DNA of 64,000 nucleotides from positions 10,480,001 to 10,544,000 of the forward strand of contig NC_087437.1 of NCBI RefSeq assembly GCF_036321535.1, given 5' to 3'. The DNA is from Camelus dromedarius. Its lineage: Eukaryota. Every line of letters begins with the position of its first letter. Positions within the stretch are counted from its first letter, which is position 1. The notes under the pieces were generated by a model, which saw only the letters and a list, made by a program, of their open reading frames with translations, was not told the DNA's origin and did no database searches. Shown here in pieces: positions 12,401 to 24,148 of this stretch. Both the position numbers and the translations under genes were made by a program.

Positions 12401-13797
12401 ATAATTTGGGGATTCCCTGGCTGGACAGGAAGGAGGAAAGGGTGCGCACAGAGCTAGAATGGGCTTGGCAGCTGCTCACTGCACAAAGTGGGTGGTGAGG
12501 TGGAACCACTGGTGATGGAAAGCAAGGACAGAGTAGGATTGGAGCAACCCATGACAAGAGGGCAAGGATGACCTCTCGGTGGGGAGGCGCCTGTGACAAC
12601 TGAAGCAGAGCCCTGGAAGGACCAGGTCCGGCAAGGGCCCGGAGATGCAGCCCAGGCCAGGCTCCAGGTCTAGGACGGGATGATTATTTCTTTACTACTT
12701 TTTATTAAGCAGGCAATAAGGACTCTGGTTAGGATGTAAACCACAGGAGATTGTGCCGTGGCAGCAGAACCTTCTCTTGACCTGACTTCAACTCCGTCCC
12801 CTTCAGACTCTCTGAACTCTTCTCCCTCCAACATCTTCTTGACACCCTCAGCTCCCACCGTCCTCACGGATCCTCCCTTTTGATTCTGGCACTTTGCTAA
12901 ACCCCTACGGTTGTCTCACGTAATTCTGCTTGCCTTGAAAAGAATCCTATCATTTTTCTGATCTTTTCTAAGCTACCTTTATGCTGGGACTCCCGGCAAT
13001 CCTTTATGCTCTCCAGCTTGCCTTCAAAGTCCTCCAGCTCTTCTCCCCACCCCCCAGCCCCTCTTCCCCCACCCCCATCTTTAAGGATATTTTTGTAGTT
13101 CTCATAGGGAAATGTATCTCTTATTAGGGGTCCAGATAGATGCCTGTCTGTCTTTTTCCATGAATATATATTATTTTGGATCGTATTATACGCACTTGAG
13201 CTTTTTTGTTTGTTGTTTCACATAGATCTCTCGTATCTTTTTGTGCACGTATGTAAAAAAAATTGTGGAATAATAAAAAAGAATCAGTGGAAGAATAAAA
13301 AAATTAAAATTCAATAAAAACACCCTCAGAGATGGAATAAATTATTGAGTTTTTTTTTTTACAAGTTAGAAAGGGGGCAAGAAGAGATAATGTGTAATTT
13401 TGGCAAATTTTATCACATTATCACATGCAAAATGTTGTACGAATTTTAATCTATTTTTCCCTTAACCAAATTTAGGTAACAAAATGCTATTTCCATTCTG
13501 GTGCTAGCAGCAAAATGGATATGAAATAAGACCGTATGGGGATAAATATATATCCCCATGGAACATATATGTTCTCTATTTAGCTGTATATTTAATATAT
13601 ATATTCTTTATTTAGCTGTATATTTACTATATATATAGAGAGAGAATTTATATAAAATATGTATACAGAGAGAATATATATTCTGTATTTAGCAGTGTAG
13701 AGGATATATATATATTTTCTATTTAGCTGTAGTAAAATCTGCCAATCAACCCCATCATTCTTGCAATCTTATCCCATGCTGGCCAGCATGTCTTTCC

Positions 13798-13821
13798 ACA
13801 CACACACACACACACACACAC
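13798..13821. repeat. (CA)n microsatellite
   Basis: Read directly from the sequence. Confidence 0.95.
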
Positions 13822-14389
13822 TGAAATAATCACCACCAACTGTATTCAAGTGAGAAGTTTCATGCATTGCTCAGTCCACTCAGGCTGGTAGAATTCCCTA
13901 GACACTTTCAATATGTGTCTTATTGAATGTTTGCACAAATTTTCTCTGTATGCATCTGGTGAGCTGCTACTTAATTGTCATCCTTTATGCAACAATTAAA
14001 CCATGAATTATTTTTAGATTTGAAAATTTGTTTTTTAATATAAACTTAAAAACTGAATATGCAAGCCCACATTGCCAGGTCTATCTGTGCATTGCAATTT
14101 CTTTCCAGAATAGTAATTTAAGCAATATTAAGCAATTACGCAATTTAAGCAATATTAAATGGTAGTCAATTCTTCCACATTCAATTTCTTAAATAAAAAA
14201 AAAATCTAAAGAATGACAGGTCAAAAAGATTATATCTAGATTATTTTAACCAAAGAAAAGTGTCTGAAGAACAAAAATTCTGAGACAGGAAAGAGCTTAC
14301 AGAACTCTGTTTCTTCTTCATATGATTTTTTCATCAGTCAAGTAGCATGACTGCAAAACTCACTGAGCTTTCAAGCTCCTTGTATCATT

Positions 14390-14572
14390 TCAAAGGAGCC
14401 ATGGAGGGTGTACTGTCGGTGTCCCCACGGGATCATCTTGCAGCCAGGGTCCAGCTGAGACCACATCCTTGCTTCCCTCCTTCCCTACCCCATCTTGCTT
14501 CCATGCTCCCATTCTTCTGGGAACACTCCCCCCATAAATCATTGAAAGAAGAATCCCATCCCGGGCTCTATT
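14390..14572. mobile_element. ERVL LTR fragment (LTR16-like)
   Basis: 'ccagctgagaccacatccttgct...gaacactccccccataaatca...gaatcccatcc' resembles the LTR16 3' part as recalled. Confidence 0.5.
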
Positions 14573-14709
14573 GATTTAACGTAGGTTCTAGGCAAGAAAT
14601 TTCTCAAAAAGAACCATTACTGGGGGACCTGTATTAAACCTCCAAGACTGGTCCTCTCCTCTTTGTACTTTTTTTTTTTTTGCATATTTATTTATAACCC
14701 TGTCAAATC

Positions 14710-14965
14710 AATTTTTTATTGAGACATAATAGACATATAACATTATATTAGTTTCAAGTGTACACATGATGATTTGATATTTGTGTATTTTGTGAAAAGA
14801 TCACCATAGTAAATCTAGTTGATATGTGTCACCATACATACTTACAAAATTCTTGTCTTGTGATGAAAACTTTTCAGGTCCACTCTTTAAGCAGCTTTCA
14901 AATATTGCAACACAGTATTATTCATTGTAGTCACCATGCTGTATATTCCATCCCCATAACTTGCC
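14710..14965 (-). mobile_element. L1 3' end (older L1MA-like), 5'-truncated
   Basis: T-tract, then 'ttattgagacataatagacatataacattatattagtttcaagtgtaca', a reversed L1 3'UTR. Confidence 0.75.
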
Positions 14966-15099
14966 CAGTATTTTATATATAACACATAAAATTTATTTAA
15001 TAGCTATGATATTGTTTAATGTCTGTAGTGTTGTTTCATATCTAGGACATCAGAGAATCTTAATGCAGCAACGACCGTCTGGAGAAACCTCTTACTGCC

Positions 15100-15527
15100 A
15101 TTTGCTCCCCTTTGTAGCCACATGGATGGACCTAGAAAATACTATGCTTAGTGAAATAAGTCAGAGAAAGACCAATACTGTATGATATCAGCTATATGTG
15201 GAATCTAAAAAATAAAACAAAAAAAAACCCAAATGAATGTATATAACAAAACAGAAACAGACTCACAAATATGAAGAATCAGTGGGTACTAGCTGGGAGA
15301 GGGAACAGGGGAGGGGCAAGTTAGGGGCATAAGATTAAGATATACAAACCACTATGTGTAAAATAGATAAGCAATAAGGATCTATTGCATAGCACAGGGA
15401 AGTATCACCATTATTTTGTAATAACTTTTAATGGAGTATAATCTGTGAAAATTCGGAATTGCCATGCTGTACGCCTGAAACTAACATAACATTGTAAATC
15501 AACTAGACTTCAATAAAAAAAATAAAG
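15100..15527 (+). mobile_element. L1 3' end (ORF2 last codons, 3'UTR, poly(A))
   Basis: Translates to PFVATWMDLENTMLSEISQ; ends 'ttgtaaatcaactagacttcaataaaaaa'. Confidence 0.85.
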
Positions 15528-16554
15528 TAGCAAAGCTTTCACTCATGTACTTAGAAGTGGGCAAGGTAGAAAGAAGGCACCAATTAAAAATACTTTGCTT
15601 TGAGGAGCAATTAGACTGCATACAAGGGCAAGAATTCAGCTGCCAATGAAAGGTCCAAAATACATGTCCGCAAAATTTTTAGACAACAGCGGTGGTTTCT
15701 GGGCTGTTCTTCAGTCTGTCAGTAGCTGTATGCTCTAGGTACAGAACCTTTAAAAGTAGTGATGATGTCTGGCCAAGCCAGAGAAAAGGGGATGATAATG
15801 AATCACCGTGACCTGGACTGAGTTCTTGATGTTGTTTTTACGGCTCAGCCTTCCTCTGAGCTACCACATCCTTTGACAGAAGGAAAGAAATACGTGTAGC
15901 CAACTTTAATAGAAGGTATCCAGCTTTAATAGAAGGATTCTTTATTCCACAAATATTTATTGTGTTCTTGCTATGGGCATAGCGCTTTGTTAAGTTCTGT
16001 ATGCAGCCCAGAAGAGGAAATAGGCTGAGGGGACCCCAGAGGTTGGCACAGAAGCCAGCAAAGAAATGCGTTTGGCTCCGGCGTGTCCTGCCTTGCGGAA
16101 CACCAGTCCACATCCACCTGCTAGCATGTCTGCCTGAATTCCTCCCTCCTTCCTTCTCAGTTCTATTTTCTCTCACACATTACATTTTCTGCTTGTTTTA
16201 CTCTCTCCACTAAATTATAGAGAAATATTTCCTCTTAAAAAGGTATGTGGCAGCCTGAACTTCTGTTTCTGCTTTCATTCTCGGCTCCCTCTACTTGAAA
16301 CCCTATCCAGTCCCCTTCCTTTTATGCTTCTGGAGACCAGAGAGTAAATAGAAAGTAAGCTATTTGGCCTAAAAAGACATCACGGATTGCCTAGCCAGGG
16401 TAAAGTGAGCTACAGCCTAGGGTCAGTGAAAAGCACCCATCTGCAAGGAAGCCAAACGCTTCTTTTAACCTTCCTGGACTTGGCACCTGTCAAGGATGGA
16501 TCTAGGTCATTGGGAGAATGAATGAGCCTAGGTAATGAACTCTTGTATTTACCT

Positions 16555-16745
16555 AGCAGTACAGAGGTTACAAAATTCTGTCACATACATTACCCTATTT
16601 AATTTTCACAACAACCTTGTGAGGTTAGCCTGTTACATCAGAGGAAACGGGGGTTCAGAAAGGTTAAGTTTGCCCAAAGTCACTGTGTAATAAGCCAGGG
16701 CTTGAACCAAGTCTTTCAGCTCCAAGCCTTTCAACTAGTCCAGTA
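16555..16745 (-). mobile_element. MIR SINE
   Basis: 'cacaacaaccttgtgagg...gaggaaacggggggttcagaaaggttaag...gcccaaagtcac'-type reverse MIR core. Confidence 0.7.
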
Positions 16746-16914
16746 TTACATCCCTGAAGTTCATGCAAACCCTAGATTCCTTTGTTTTTCCCTACCATTC
16801 CCCTCCCACTTCGCAACTTCAACCACTACCTGAACCAGCCGTATAAGTGTCCTTCAGAAAAGCTAGTCTCTGGAATATTACAACATACTCCACCCTCCGG
16901 ACCACCCAGTTCTT

Positions 16915-17033
16915 TAGAAATTAGAGACGTAGCATATGAACCACCACTGCAGGGGCAGTAATTATATTAACTACCTTCCATTTTCTCTCCACTTAGCAGG
17001 TAACGATGCTGCAAGACACAATATTTTACTGAC
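16915..17033 (+). repeat. Left arm of a 119-bp inverted repeat
   Basis: Ungapped reverse-complement match to 19125-19243; 103/119 identical by manual count. Confidence 0.92.
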
Positions 17034-17617
17034 CAAAATGGTCTACAGGAACTACCAGAATTGAGATAGAGAAAACTGATGCAAAGCACATCTTGCTAGG
17101 ATTCATACACTTTTTCAAAAAATAAGAACCACTCCGGAACACTACAAGAGGAGGAAAAGAACTCCTCCCACAATGAAACATATTTGGGTCACTGAATGGG
17201 TGCCTTATTTTGGTATCTCTTCCGTGACTTAACTCTTCTTTTTCTCATATGAATAATGAAGGGGAAGGAGATTGATGTTTAAAACTTGGACCAGACATTG
17301 AAATGACCTGGACATGTTTTGTAGGACATGGCTTAAAGTATTCATTCATACATAGCCTTGTACTTTACATCAATATTCTCATGTATTATTCACTGATGAC
17401 CAGGGCCTAGAACTATTACTGTTGATAACCATTGCCTGCATCCATGGACTCATTAGAGTTACAGAATGATGATATTCTAATTCTCATATTCCTTCTAACA
17501 GTATTCAAAACACTAAAAATTTTTGAAAACACACACATAAAAATGATATGTATGACAATAACCAAACACCAAAAAAATTAGTACTTAATTCTTTTTCGGT
17601 TTACAACTTCTTCTAAG

Positions 17618-17843
17618 CCAGGGATGGCAAATATTTTCTGTCAAGGGCCAGGTGACAAACATTTTAGTTTTTACAGGCCACACATTCTCTGCTGCAACTG
17701 GACAACTCTTCCCTTGTAGCGTGAAAGCAGCCAGAGACAATATGTAAATGCATAGGTGTAGTTTATTGTGTTCTTATAAAATTTTATTCACAAAAACAAG
17801 CAGTGGGCTGGATTTAACCTGAGGGCCATAATTTGGCTGACTC
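17618..17843. mobile_element. MER58A-like hAT-Charlie MITE
   Basis: 'cagggatggcaaatattttctgtcaagggccagg...gtgaaagcagccagagacaatatgtaaatg...gggccataatttggctgac'. Confidence 0.75.
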
Positions 17844-18080
17844 ACAAGATAAGGCCTTAAATTTTGGACACAATTTTTTATTTTTGACTTTTTCTAATGA
17901 GCAATTTCAGTCATATACAAGAGTTGAAAGATTAGTGAAATGACTTGTCAGTATCCATTATCTGGCTTCATCAGTTATTAACTTAGGACTAACCTTGTTC
18001 CATCTAACTCCTTACCTATGTCCCTTCTTCCTGTGCTATTTTAAAATATGTCCCTTTGCTATTTTAAAGCAAATCCTTCA

Positions 18081-18226
18081 GGGGAGGGTATAGCTCAGTG
18101 GTAGAGCTCATGCTTAGTACGCATGAGGTCCTGGGTTCAACCTCCAGTACTTCCATTAAAAAAATAAAAAATAAAATTTAAAAAATAAATAAACCTAATT
18201 ACCTCCCTCCACCAAAAAAAGAAAAA

Positions 18227-18314
<88 letters not shown>

Positions 18315-18330
18315 AAATTCATGGAATGCA
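18081..18330 (+). mobile_element. tRNA-derived SINE (Vic-1 type) with (GAAA)22 tail and TSD
   Basis: A/B boxes present; 'tttaaagcaaatcctt' at 18063-18078 and 18331-18346. Confidence 0.9.
18229..18316. repeat. (GAAA)22 tetranucleotide microsatellite
   Basis: Read directly; 88 bp perfect repeat. Confidence 0.97.
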
Positions 18331-19124
18331 TTTAAAGCAAATCCTTTTTATTTTATTCATAGATATTTATATTCATTTCATCCATGAATACTTCAGTGTC
18401 TCTAAAAACATAGCTATAACGTAATTATCATGCCTAAGAACATTAACAATATAAATATTTTTAAATATGTGATTGAATCAAGAGCCTAACAAGATCCATT
18501 TTCAATTGACTGATTTGTCTCAAGTCTCTTTTACTCTATGGGTTCCCCCTCTGTCTTGTTTCCCTTACTCAATGTATTTAATGAAGAACTTGGATGATTT
18601 GTCCTTTAGAAGTTCTCATAGTCTGGACTTTGATTATTGAGTCCTAATGGTGTCATTTAGTGTACTCCTCTGTCTTCTAAATCTTCTATGAATTGAGCTT
18701 TAGAGACTTGATGAGATTCTAGTTTAAGTTTTTGATAAGAACACTTTCCACGTGGTGTTGTGTACATCCACCAGGAGGCCCATTTTGTGTAGTGCACAGC
18801 TATTAATGACCATTGCCTAGAGCCATTGATTTATTAGGAGTGACAGAATGGTCAGACAGAATAAGAGAAAGGGAAGGTCAAGACAGAGCAGAATTGTAAC
18901 ATTCTTCCTTTACTTACTGGAGGTAATATTTCGGTAAAGAGAAATTTTCCCTAAACAGCTATTTAACTTTCCTGACAGTGTTGGTATATGGAAAGTGGGA
19001 TGAATACATGATTTCCCCCTTTATTTGGCAGACTTTTCAGTAATTACTTGTTTCTCTAACATCCTTCAAAGGTGACCAATGAATTTCTTTCGAATGGGCA
19101 TCTCCTCAAAGTACAGTATTTACA

Positions 19125-19243
19125 GTCAGTAAAATATTGTGTCTTGCAGCATCATTACCTGCCAAGTGGAGAGAAAAAGGAAGGCAGTTAATGTAATTAC
19201 TGTCCCCACAGTGATGATTCATGTATTATCTGTCTAATTTCTA
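19125..19243 (-). repeat. Right arm of the 119-bp inverted repeat
   Basis: Reverse complement of 16915-17033. Confidence 0.92.
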
Positions 19244-19859
19244 TAACAGTAGGTCTCCTGCCACAGACCTATTGAGCCAGAGTCTCCAGGGGTAGGTCCT
19301 GGCCTCTGTGCATTTAAAAATCTTCCTGAATGACTCTGAAGCATGGTGTGCAGCCCAGCCACTGAGGATGTCAGCCCCAGATGGCTGCTGAAGTTCACCC
19401 CAGAATTACCAGTCTGCAAGTTTATCATGTGCAATTAATTATAGATGGCTTATGTTGCTGCTCCTTGTTCCCCTCTCTCGAAGAGAACTGGTGAAATGGG
19501 GTCAACCAGATGTTCACAGAACATGCAGCTATTCTCAGTAGCCTGGCAGCCAGTTCCTTGAAAAGCCGCACAGTTAGTAAAGAATACTTGTATTTCCCAC
19601 CCAAAGGGTAGAGATTGGTACCTTCAGAGTTACGAGGAGTTAAGGACATCCCTGAAATTCTTCAGTTCTCCAGTGCCACATGCCCAGAGATCACAGGCAC
19701 ATGGTTTAACACCTTAAATTTACCCCCAGAGCTGGCTCTTCCCGCCATGAAGTATCCATGAAGACAACACACAAGAATGAGATTCAGGGGCCAAGCCAAC
19801 AAGCCAAAAGACACTCTAGTTATCTGCCTACTAAAGCATAAGAAGTATGTTAATTGACG

Positions 19860-20080
19860 TCTAGGTACAAATTTATTCAAACCCTGCCTCCCTTACTTAG
19901 TATATGAGTCATGGTAAACTACCCTACTTAATCTCTTGTGCCTTGGATTCACTGCCTCTAAAATGGGGATAACAGTAACTATCTCACTGAGTTAATCTGA
20001 GGATTAAATAAATGTAATAAATATAAAATGCTGGAAACAGTGTTTTGCACTTAGATTGCTAGCCACTATTATTAGTATTT
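19860..20080 (+). mobile_element. MIR SINE
   Basis: 'cttaatctcttgtgcct...ctaaaatggggataacagta' MIR core. Confidence 0.7.
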
Positions 20081-20614
20081 AGAGCCAGGAATGTCATGTG
20101 TGTTGACTTAAAATCAATAACAGGATGGATGGATACAAACTGACCACAAAGTGTGGCTTCCAGTAAAACTCACCTAATGTTTTAAAGACTCCAAGATCAA
20201 GAACAGAGTAGAATATAATTCTCCTTTTCACACTGTGCGTGGTCATGTGAATACTGTCAGCTGGAGGGAGGAGGGTTACAGATCCACAAATCTTAGTTAG
20301 AACTGGTTCAAACCACCAGCACTCCCCTAATTCCACAGTTTATGGGAGGGAGTTCAAGCCCCCTCTGACCCCAACAATACTTCTTGCAACTTTATGTGAC
20401 CAATTCAGGCTCTAACTTCTTGCTTTTGAAATACATCTTATTTACCAAGTCATGTTGACCTAGGCAAAAATGTAGCCCCTTCCTAATTTACACTTACCCC
20501 TACAGAACATTCCTGAAATTAGTGGTCTTTGCTGTCAATTTGGGGAAAGACGAAAGAGAGCATTTACCTTACATCAGCGTTTTCACCACCTCCATCCTAA
20601 ACTATTCTTTGACT

Positions 20615-20828
20615 CAGTCCTGACCCATAGAACTTTCTATGGTGATGGAGATAGTCTACCTCGGCACTGTCTAATACAGTCATTACTAGCCACAGGTGGC
20701 TTTTGAGCACTTGAAATGTGGCCAGCATGACTGAGAAACTGAATTTTTCATTTGTTGAACTGTAATGTATTTAAACTTAAACAGCCATACGTGGTTATTG
20801 GCTGCCATGTTTATAACACCACTCTAGT
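20615..20828. mobile_element. MER3-like hAT-Charlie element
   Basis: 'atagaactttctatggtgatggag...ctagccacaggtggcttttgagcacttgaaatgtggc'. Confidence 0.75.
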
Positions 20829-20984
20829 CCGTTCCCTGTAGCACCATGGGCATTTTACCCCAGAGTTCCAGACTCCACCTTTCTCACTCTGCTTACATCT
20901 TTTCAGATCTTTCTTTAATTCAGACCCAGCAGTTTGTCCTTCTACCACGACGCCTTAGCACCTACCAACAGCCATGTCTTTGGA

Positions 20985-21125
20985 TTTCTACTTACTGTGT
21001 GACTCTTGACCAATTCCTTTCCCTCTTTGTACCTCAGACTTGTTGTCTCCTACAATAGGGTTAATAATAATAACTATCTCACTGAGTTAAACAGGGAACT
21101 AAATATGCTAATACATATAAAGTGG
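20985..21125 (+). mobile_element. MIR SINE
   Basis: 'ctacttactgtgtgactcttg...cctcag...aatagggttaataata'. Confidence 0.65.
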
Positions 21126-21237
21126 AAAACATATCCCAAATGAGCTTACCATAGGTCATCCTGAAGGCATTTTCATACCTAAAAGGAACTTTGATGATAA
21201 GTGTTAGGAAATACAACTTTCACTTGATGCATAATTG

Positions 21238-21428
21238 TAGGCTGCACAGTCCAGTGCAGTAGCCACTGGCTCCGTGAAGGTCTTTAAATTTAATTTAAAT
21301 TAATTAAAATTAATATTCAGTTCCTCGGTTGCAGGAGTCACATTTCAAGTGCTCAACAGCCACATGTGGCTACTGACCATGACGTTGGACGTGGCAGATG
21401 TAGGAAAGTTCTATTGGACAGCAGTGGA
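21238..21428. mobile_element. MER3-like element, opposite orientation to 20615-20828
   Basis: 'cacatttcaagtgctcaacagccacatgtggcta' and 'gaaagttctattggacagc' are reverse complements of motifs in the first copy. Confidence 0.75.
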
Positions 21429-21936
21429 ACTTGATTATCTCCTTATATATAAACTCAAGAGAGAAGAATTGCCACAGTAGGTCAGAAAATCAATCAAATT
21501 GGGGAAAATCAATCAACAGCAGGTCTGCCCCCTTTATCAATCTCACTGTCTCATTCTTGCCCCCCAAACTGTATTCCTACATTTCATTTTTTTCCCTTCT
21601 ATGACTTCCTCTCCCATCCCGACAGTCCTAATGAAATGCATTTAATAAATATCTATAAAGTACTGTAGACATAATTTTCAATGTTATCAAGCACACTTTT
21701 TCAGAATTTATTTTCTTCTAAGGCTTCACGGCAGAGGAGATTATGGCTTTCTTTTTATTAATACTATGTCATATCTGGCAAAACACCAGGCATAATCCTA
21801 TTCATTTTCTGCAGCCATAGCACAGCTAGTCACCATAGATAACTTAATGAACATTTTTCATTCAGTCCTATTTGCTCATAAGTTGACAGAGCCAGACATG
21901 AGTTGGTGAAGGGAGGAGAGGATCCGCTGTGTGTAT

Positions 21937-21938
<2 letters not shown>

Positions 21939-21986
<48 letters not shown>
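21939..21986. repeat. (GT)24 microsatellite
   Basis: Read directly from the sequence. Confidence 0.97.
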
Positions 21987-21987
<1 letters not shown>

Positions 21988-22617
21988 TGTGCACAGTGTT
22001 CAGCTCCATGGGTCTCTTCTGTCATTAACTGTAGGTGACAGAAACTTGTCTGGAGAGCTCATGAATGTTCTCCCACGAAGCTGCTGTTTGTTCTCTTGGG
22101 CATCTGCTCCAAAGAGAAGTATTATCATTTGTACATGATGGAAACTTTCTTCCAACTTACAGGAGCTTATCCTAAGAGCACACAGTATTGCTTTGACTGT
22201 TGTTCTGAGTCTAGACTGCCAGATTACTCCTGTTTTAATCTTGGTGAGAGCACAAATAAAAAGAAGTTGTATTTAGTAAAGAAAAGGTGAATTTGGTCCA
22301 TCATCTTGAAGAGAATTTAGTGTTTGTTTTCATGAGAAGTAAAGAAAAAGAAGTAAATAAAAGAAGGTATTTTAATATACCATTAAATAATGAAAATAAA
22401 AACAACTCACTACTGATCTTTGAAAATAAAATTTAGCCACATATTTTGGGGTTTCTTTGTGCAAGTGGAAAAGGACTCAGATTCCAACCCAGGTGGTTCG
22501 AGTCAGTTGTTACCGGCTGTGTGACCTGGGGCAAGCCACTTCTCTGAGACTTTGTTTTCGTACATCTCTAAACCATGGAGTTCAGGCCTCCCTTTTTTCT
22601 CTCTCAGGGTTGAAGAA

Positions 22618-23010
22618 TGTCTTAGGTCAGTGTCCCCAGGAAACAGATTTTGAGACAGAGATTCACGAGCAAGGGTTTTATGGAAGAATGCCCTTGAGAA
22701 GACTTGCGGGGAGGAAGAAAGGCAGGGTGTGGGGAAGAGGGAGAAACTGGGTTACAGCAAATTGCAACAGAGTCAACAGCTGATGCCACAGGAGCTCTGG
22801 AAGTGGGATGGCCCTTCGGAGTTGTCTCACACGGAGCCAGAACCCAGGGGGCCTGGCCTTTGAACTCCCACGTTGACCAGCCATGCCATGAGGGTGATCT
22901 TTTGGCTAAAGACAGTTTACAGAGTAGGACGGGAGCTGCCAAGTTTCCCAGCAGCTGGGGAAATGAGTGTGTAGGTCCTGAAGGAGAGATCTGGGCAGCA
23001 ACCACTAAAA
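22618..23010. mobile_element. MaLR solo LTR (MLT1J-like)
   Basis: 'tgtcttaggtcagtgtccccaggaaacagattttgagacagagatt' terminus typical of old MLT1 LTRs. Confidence 0.6.
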
Positions 23011-23123
23011 AAGTAAAGCCCGTCTCATTACCCGCTCCAGGGCTGGTGCCCATTTTATTCAGGTGTGTGGGCTGACCTCCAAGGACCCAGGCAAGGAATC
23101 ACAAGGGTCTGCAATGAACTGCC

Positions 23124-23570
23124 TGTCTCAGGAGGGGTTCCCAAAAAATGGACCCTGACGTGAAGATTCGTGTTAAAGTGATTTATTAGGAAATGTTCCC
23201 AGAACGAACCAGTAGAGATAAAAGATCAGGAAAGGAAGGAGGCCAGCAAGGCTATTAAGAAATGTCCTACAGCTGGTCACTTTGGCTCAATTCTACAGGG
23301 GAGCTTTAGCGACAGTACAGATACATCCTGAGAGTTGTCCCCATCAAGGGGCAAGGAAACTGGCATATTTATACCCCAGACCCATCAGGGGGGTAGGGAC
23401 TGCCTCTGGGAGAACTTAAATGCCTGGACATCCCAGCTCCCCAAGTGTAGGCAAACTGAATTCCAGCCACTGGGGCAACACTTAGACAAAGACACAGATG
23501 CTGGCTTTATTGGGAATGAAAGCACGCGGGCAGCCCGTGTGCATTAACGTGGTAAAGGGATGGGAGGGGC
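23124..23570. mobile_element. MaLR solo LTR (old MLT1 subfamily)
   Basis: 'tgtctcaggaggggttccc...gaccctgacgtgaagattcgtg...gtgatttattagg'. Confidence 0.55.
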
Positions 23571-23892
23571 CGTGGGTGCAGAGCTCCCAGCCCAGAGTCT
23601 GGGCTCATCAGTCTTTAATAACTTCCCAGGTGAAATTGCTCAAGCTGCTCCTTCCTGGTCACTCTCTCTGCCCCAAAGTGAGAAGAGGAGGTAATCAAAC
23701 TTGCTAATGACGCCTTTTTTTAGCAGGATGATACATTCTCTTAAAAACAATTTTTTTTTCATCTTTCCCCAAATTAGGAGCAAAGACGACTAATTCCATG
23801 AATGTTCTATAGGGGTGATTGTAAATTGGGGAGGGGCTACGTTTCTTTTTTTTTGTTTTGGATGGGTTTTGAGGGTGGCTTCTGTATATATA

Positions 23893-24148
23893 TATGTTTA
23901 TTGAAGTATAGTTAATTTATAATGTGTTAATTTCTGGTGTACAACATAATGCTTCAGTCATACATGAACATACATATATTTGTTTTCATATTCTTTTTCA
24001 CAAGTTACTACAAGATATTGAATGTAGTTCCCTGTACTATACAGTATGAACTTGCTATTTATCTATTGTATATATATATATTTGTTACTATCTGCAAATC
24101 TCGAAGGGAGTGGGAAGGGATAAATTGGGAGTTCGAGATTTGCAGATA
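23893..24148 (-). mobile_element. L1 3' end with 5' inversion (twin priming)
   Basis: Reversed L1 3'UTR up to 24105, then a forward-oriented L1 piece 24106-24148; 17 bp is duplicated in inverted orientation. Confidence 0.8.

Larger units (their letters stand above)
17870..19085 (-). mobile_element. Ancient L1MC-like 3'UTR, interrupted by a SINE
   Basis: Reversed L1M 3'UTR motifs such as 'tttcagtcatatacaagag', 'gaagaacttggatgatttgtcc' and 'gaccattgcctagagccatt'. Confidence 0.55.

Noticed and set aside
14710..15527. Divergently oriented L1 tails as one inverted insertion
   Set aside because: The two 3'UTRs are different sequence types and each has its own A/T tail, so they are independent insertions.
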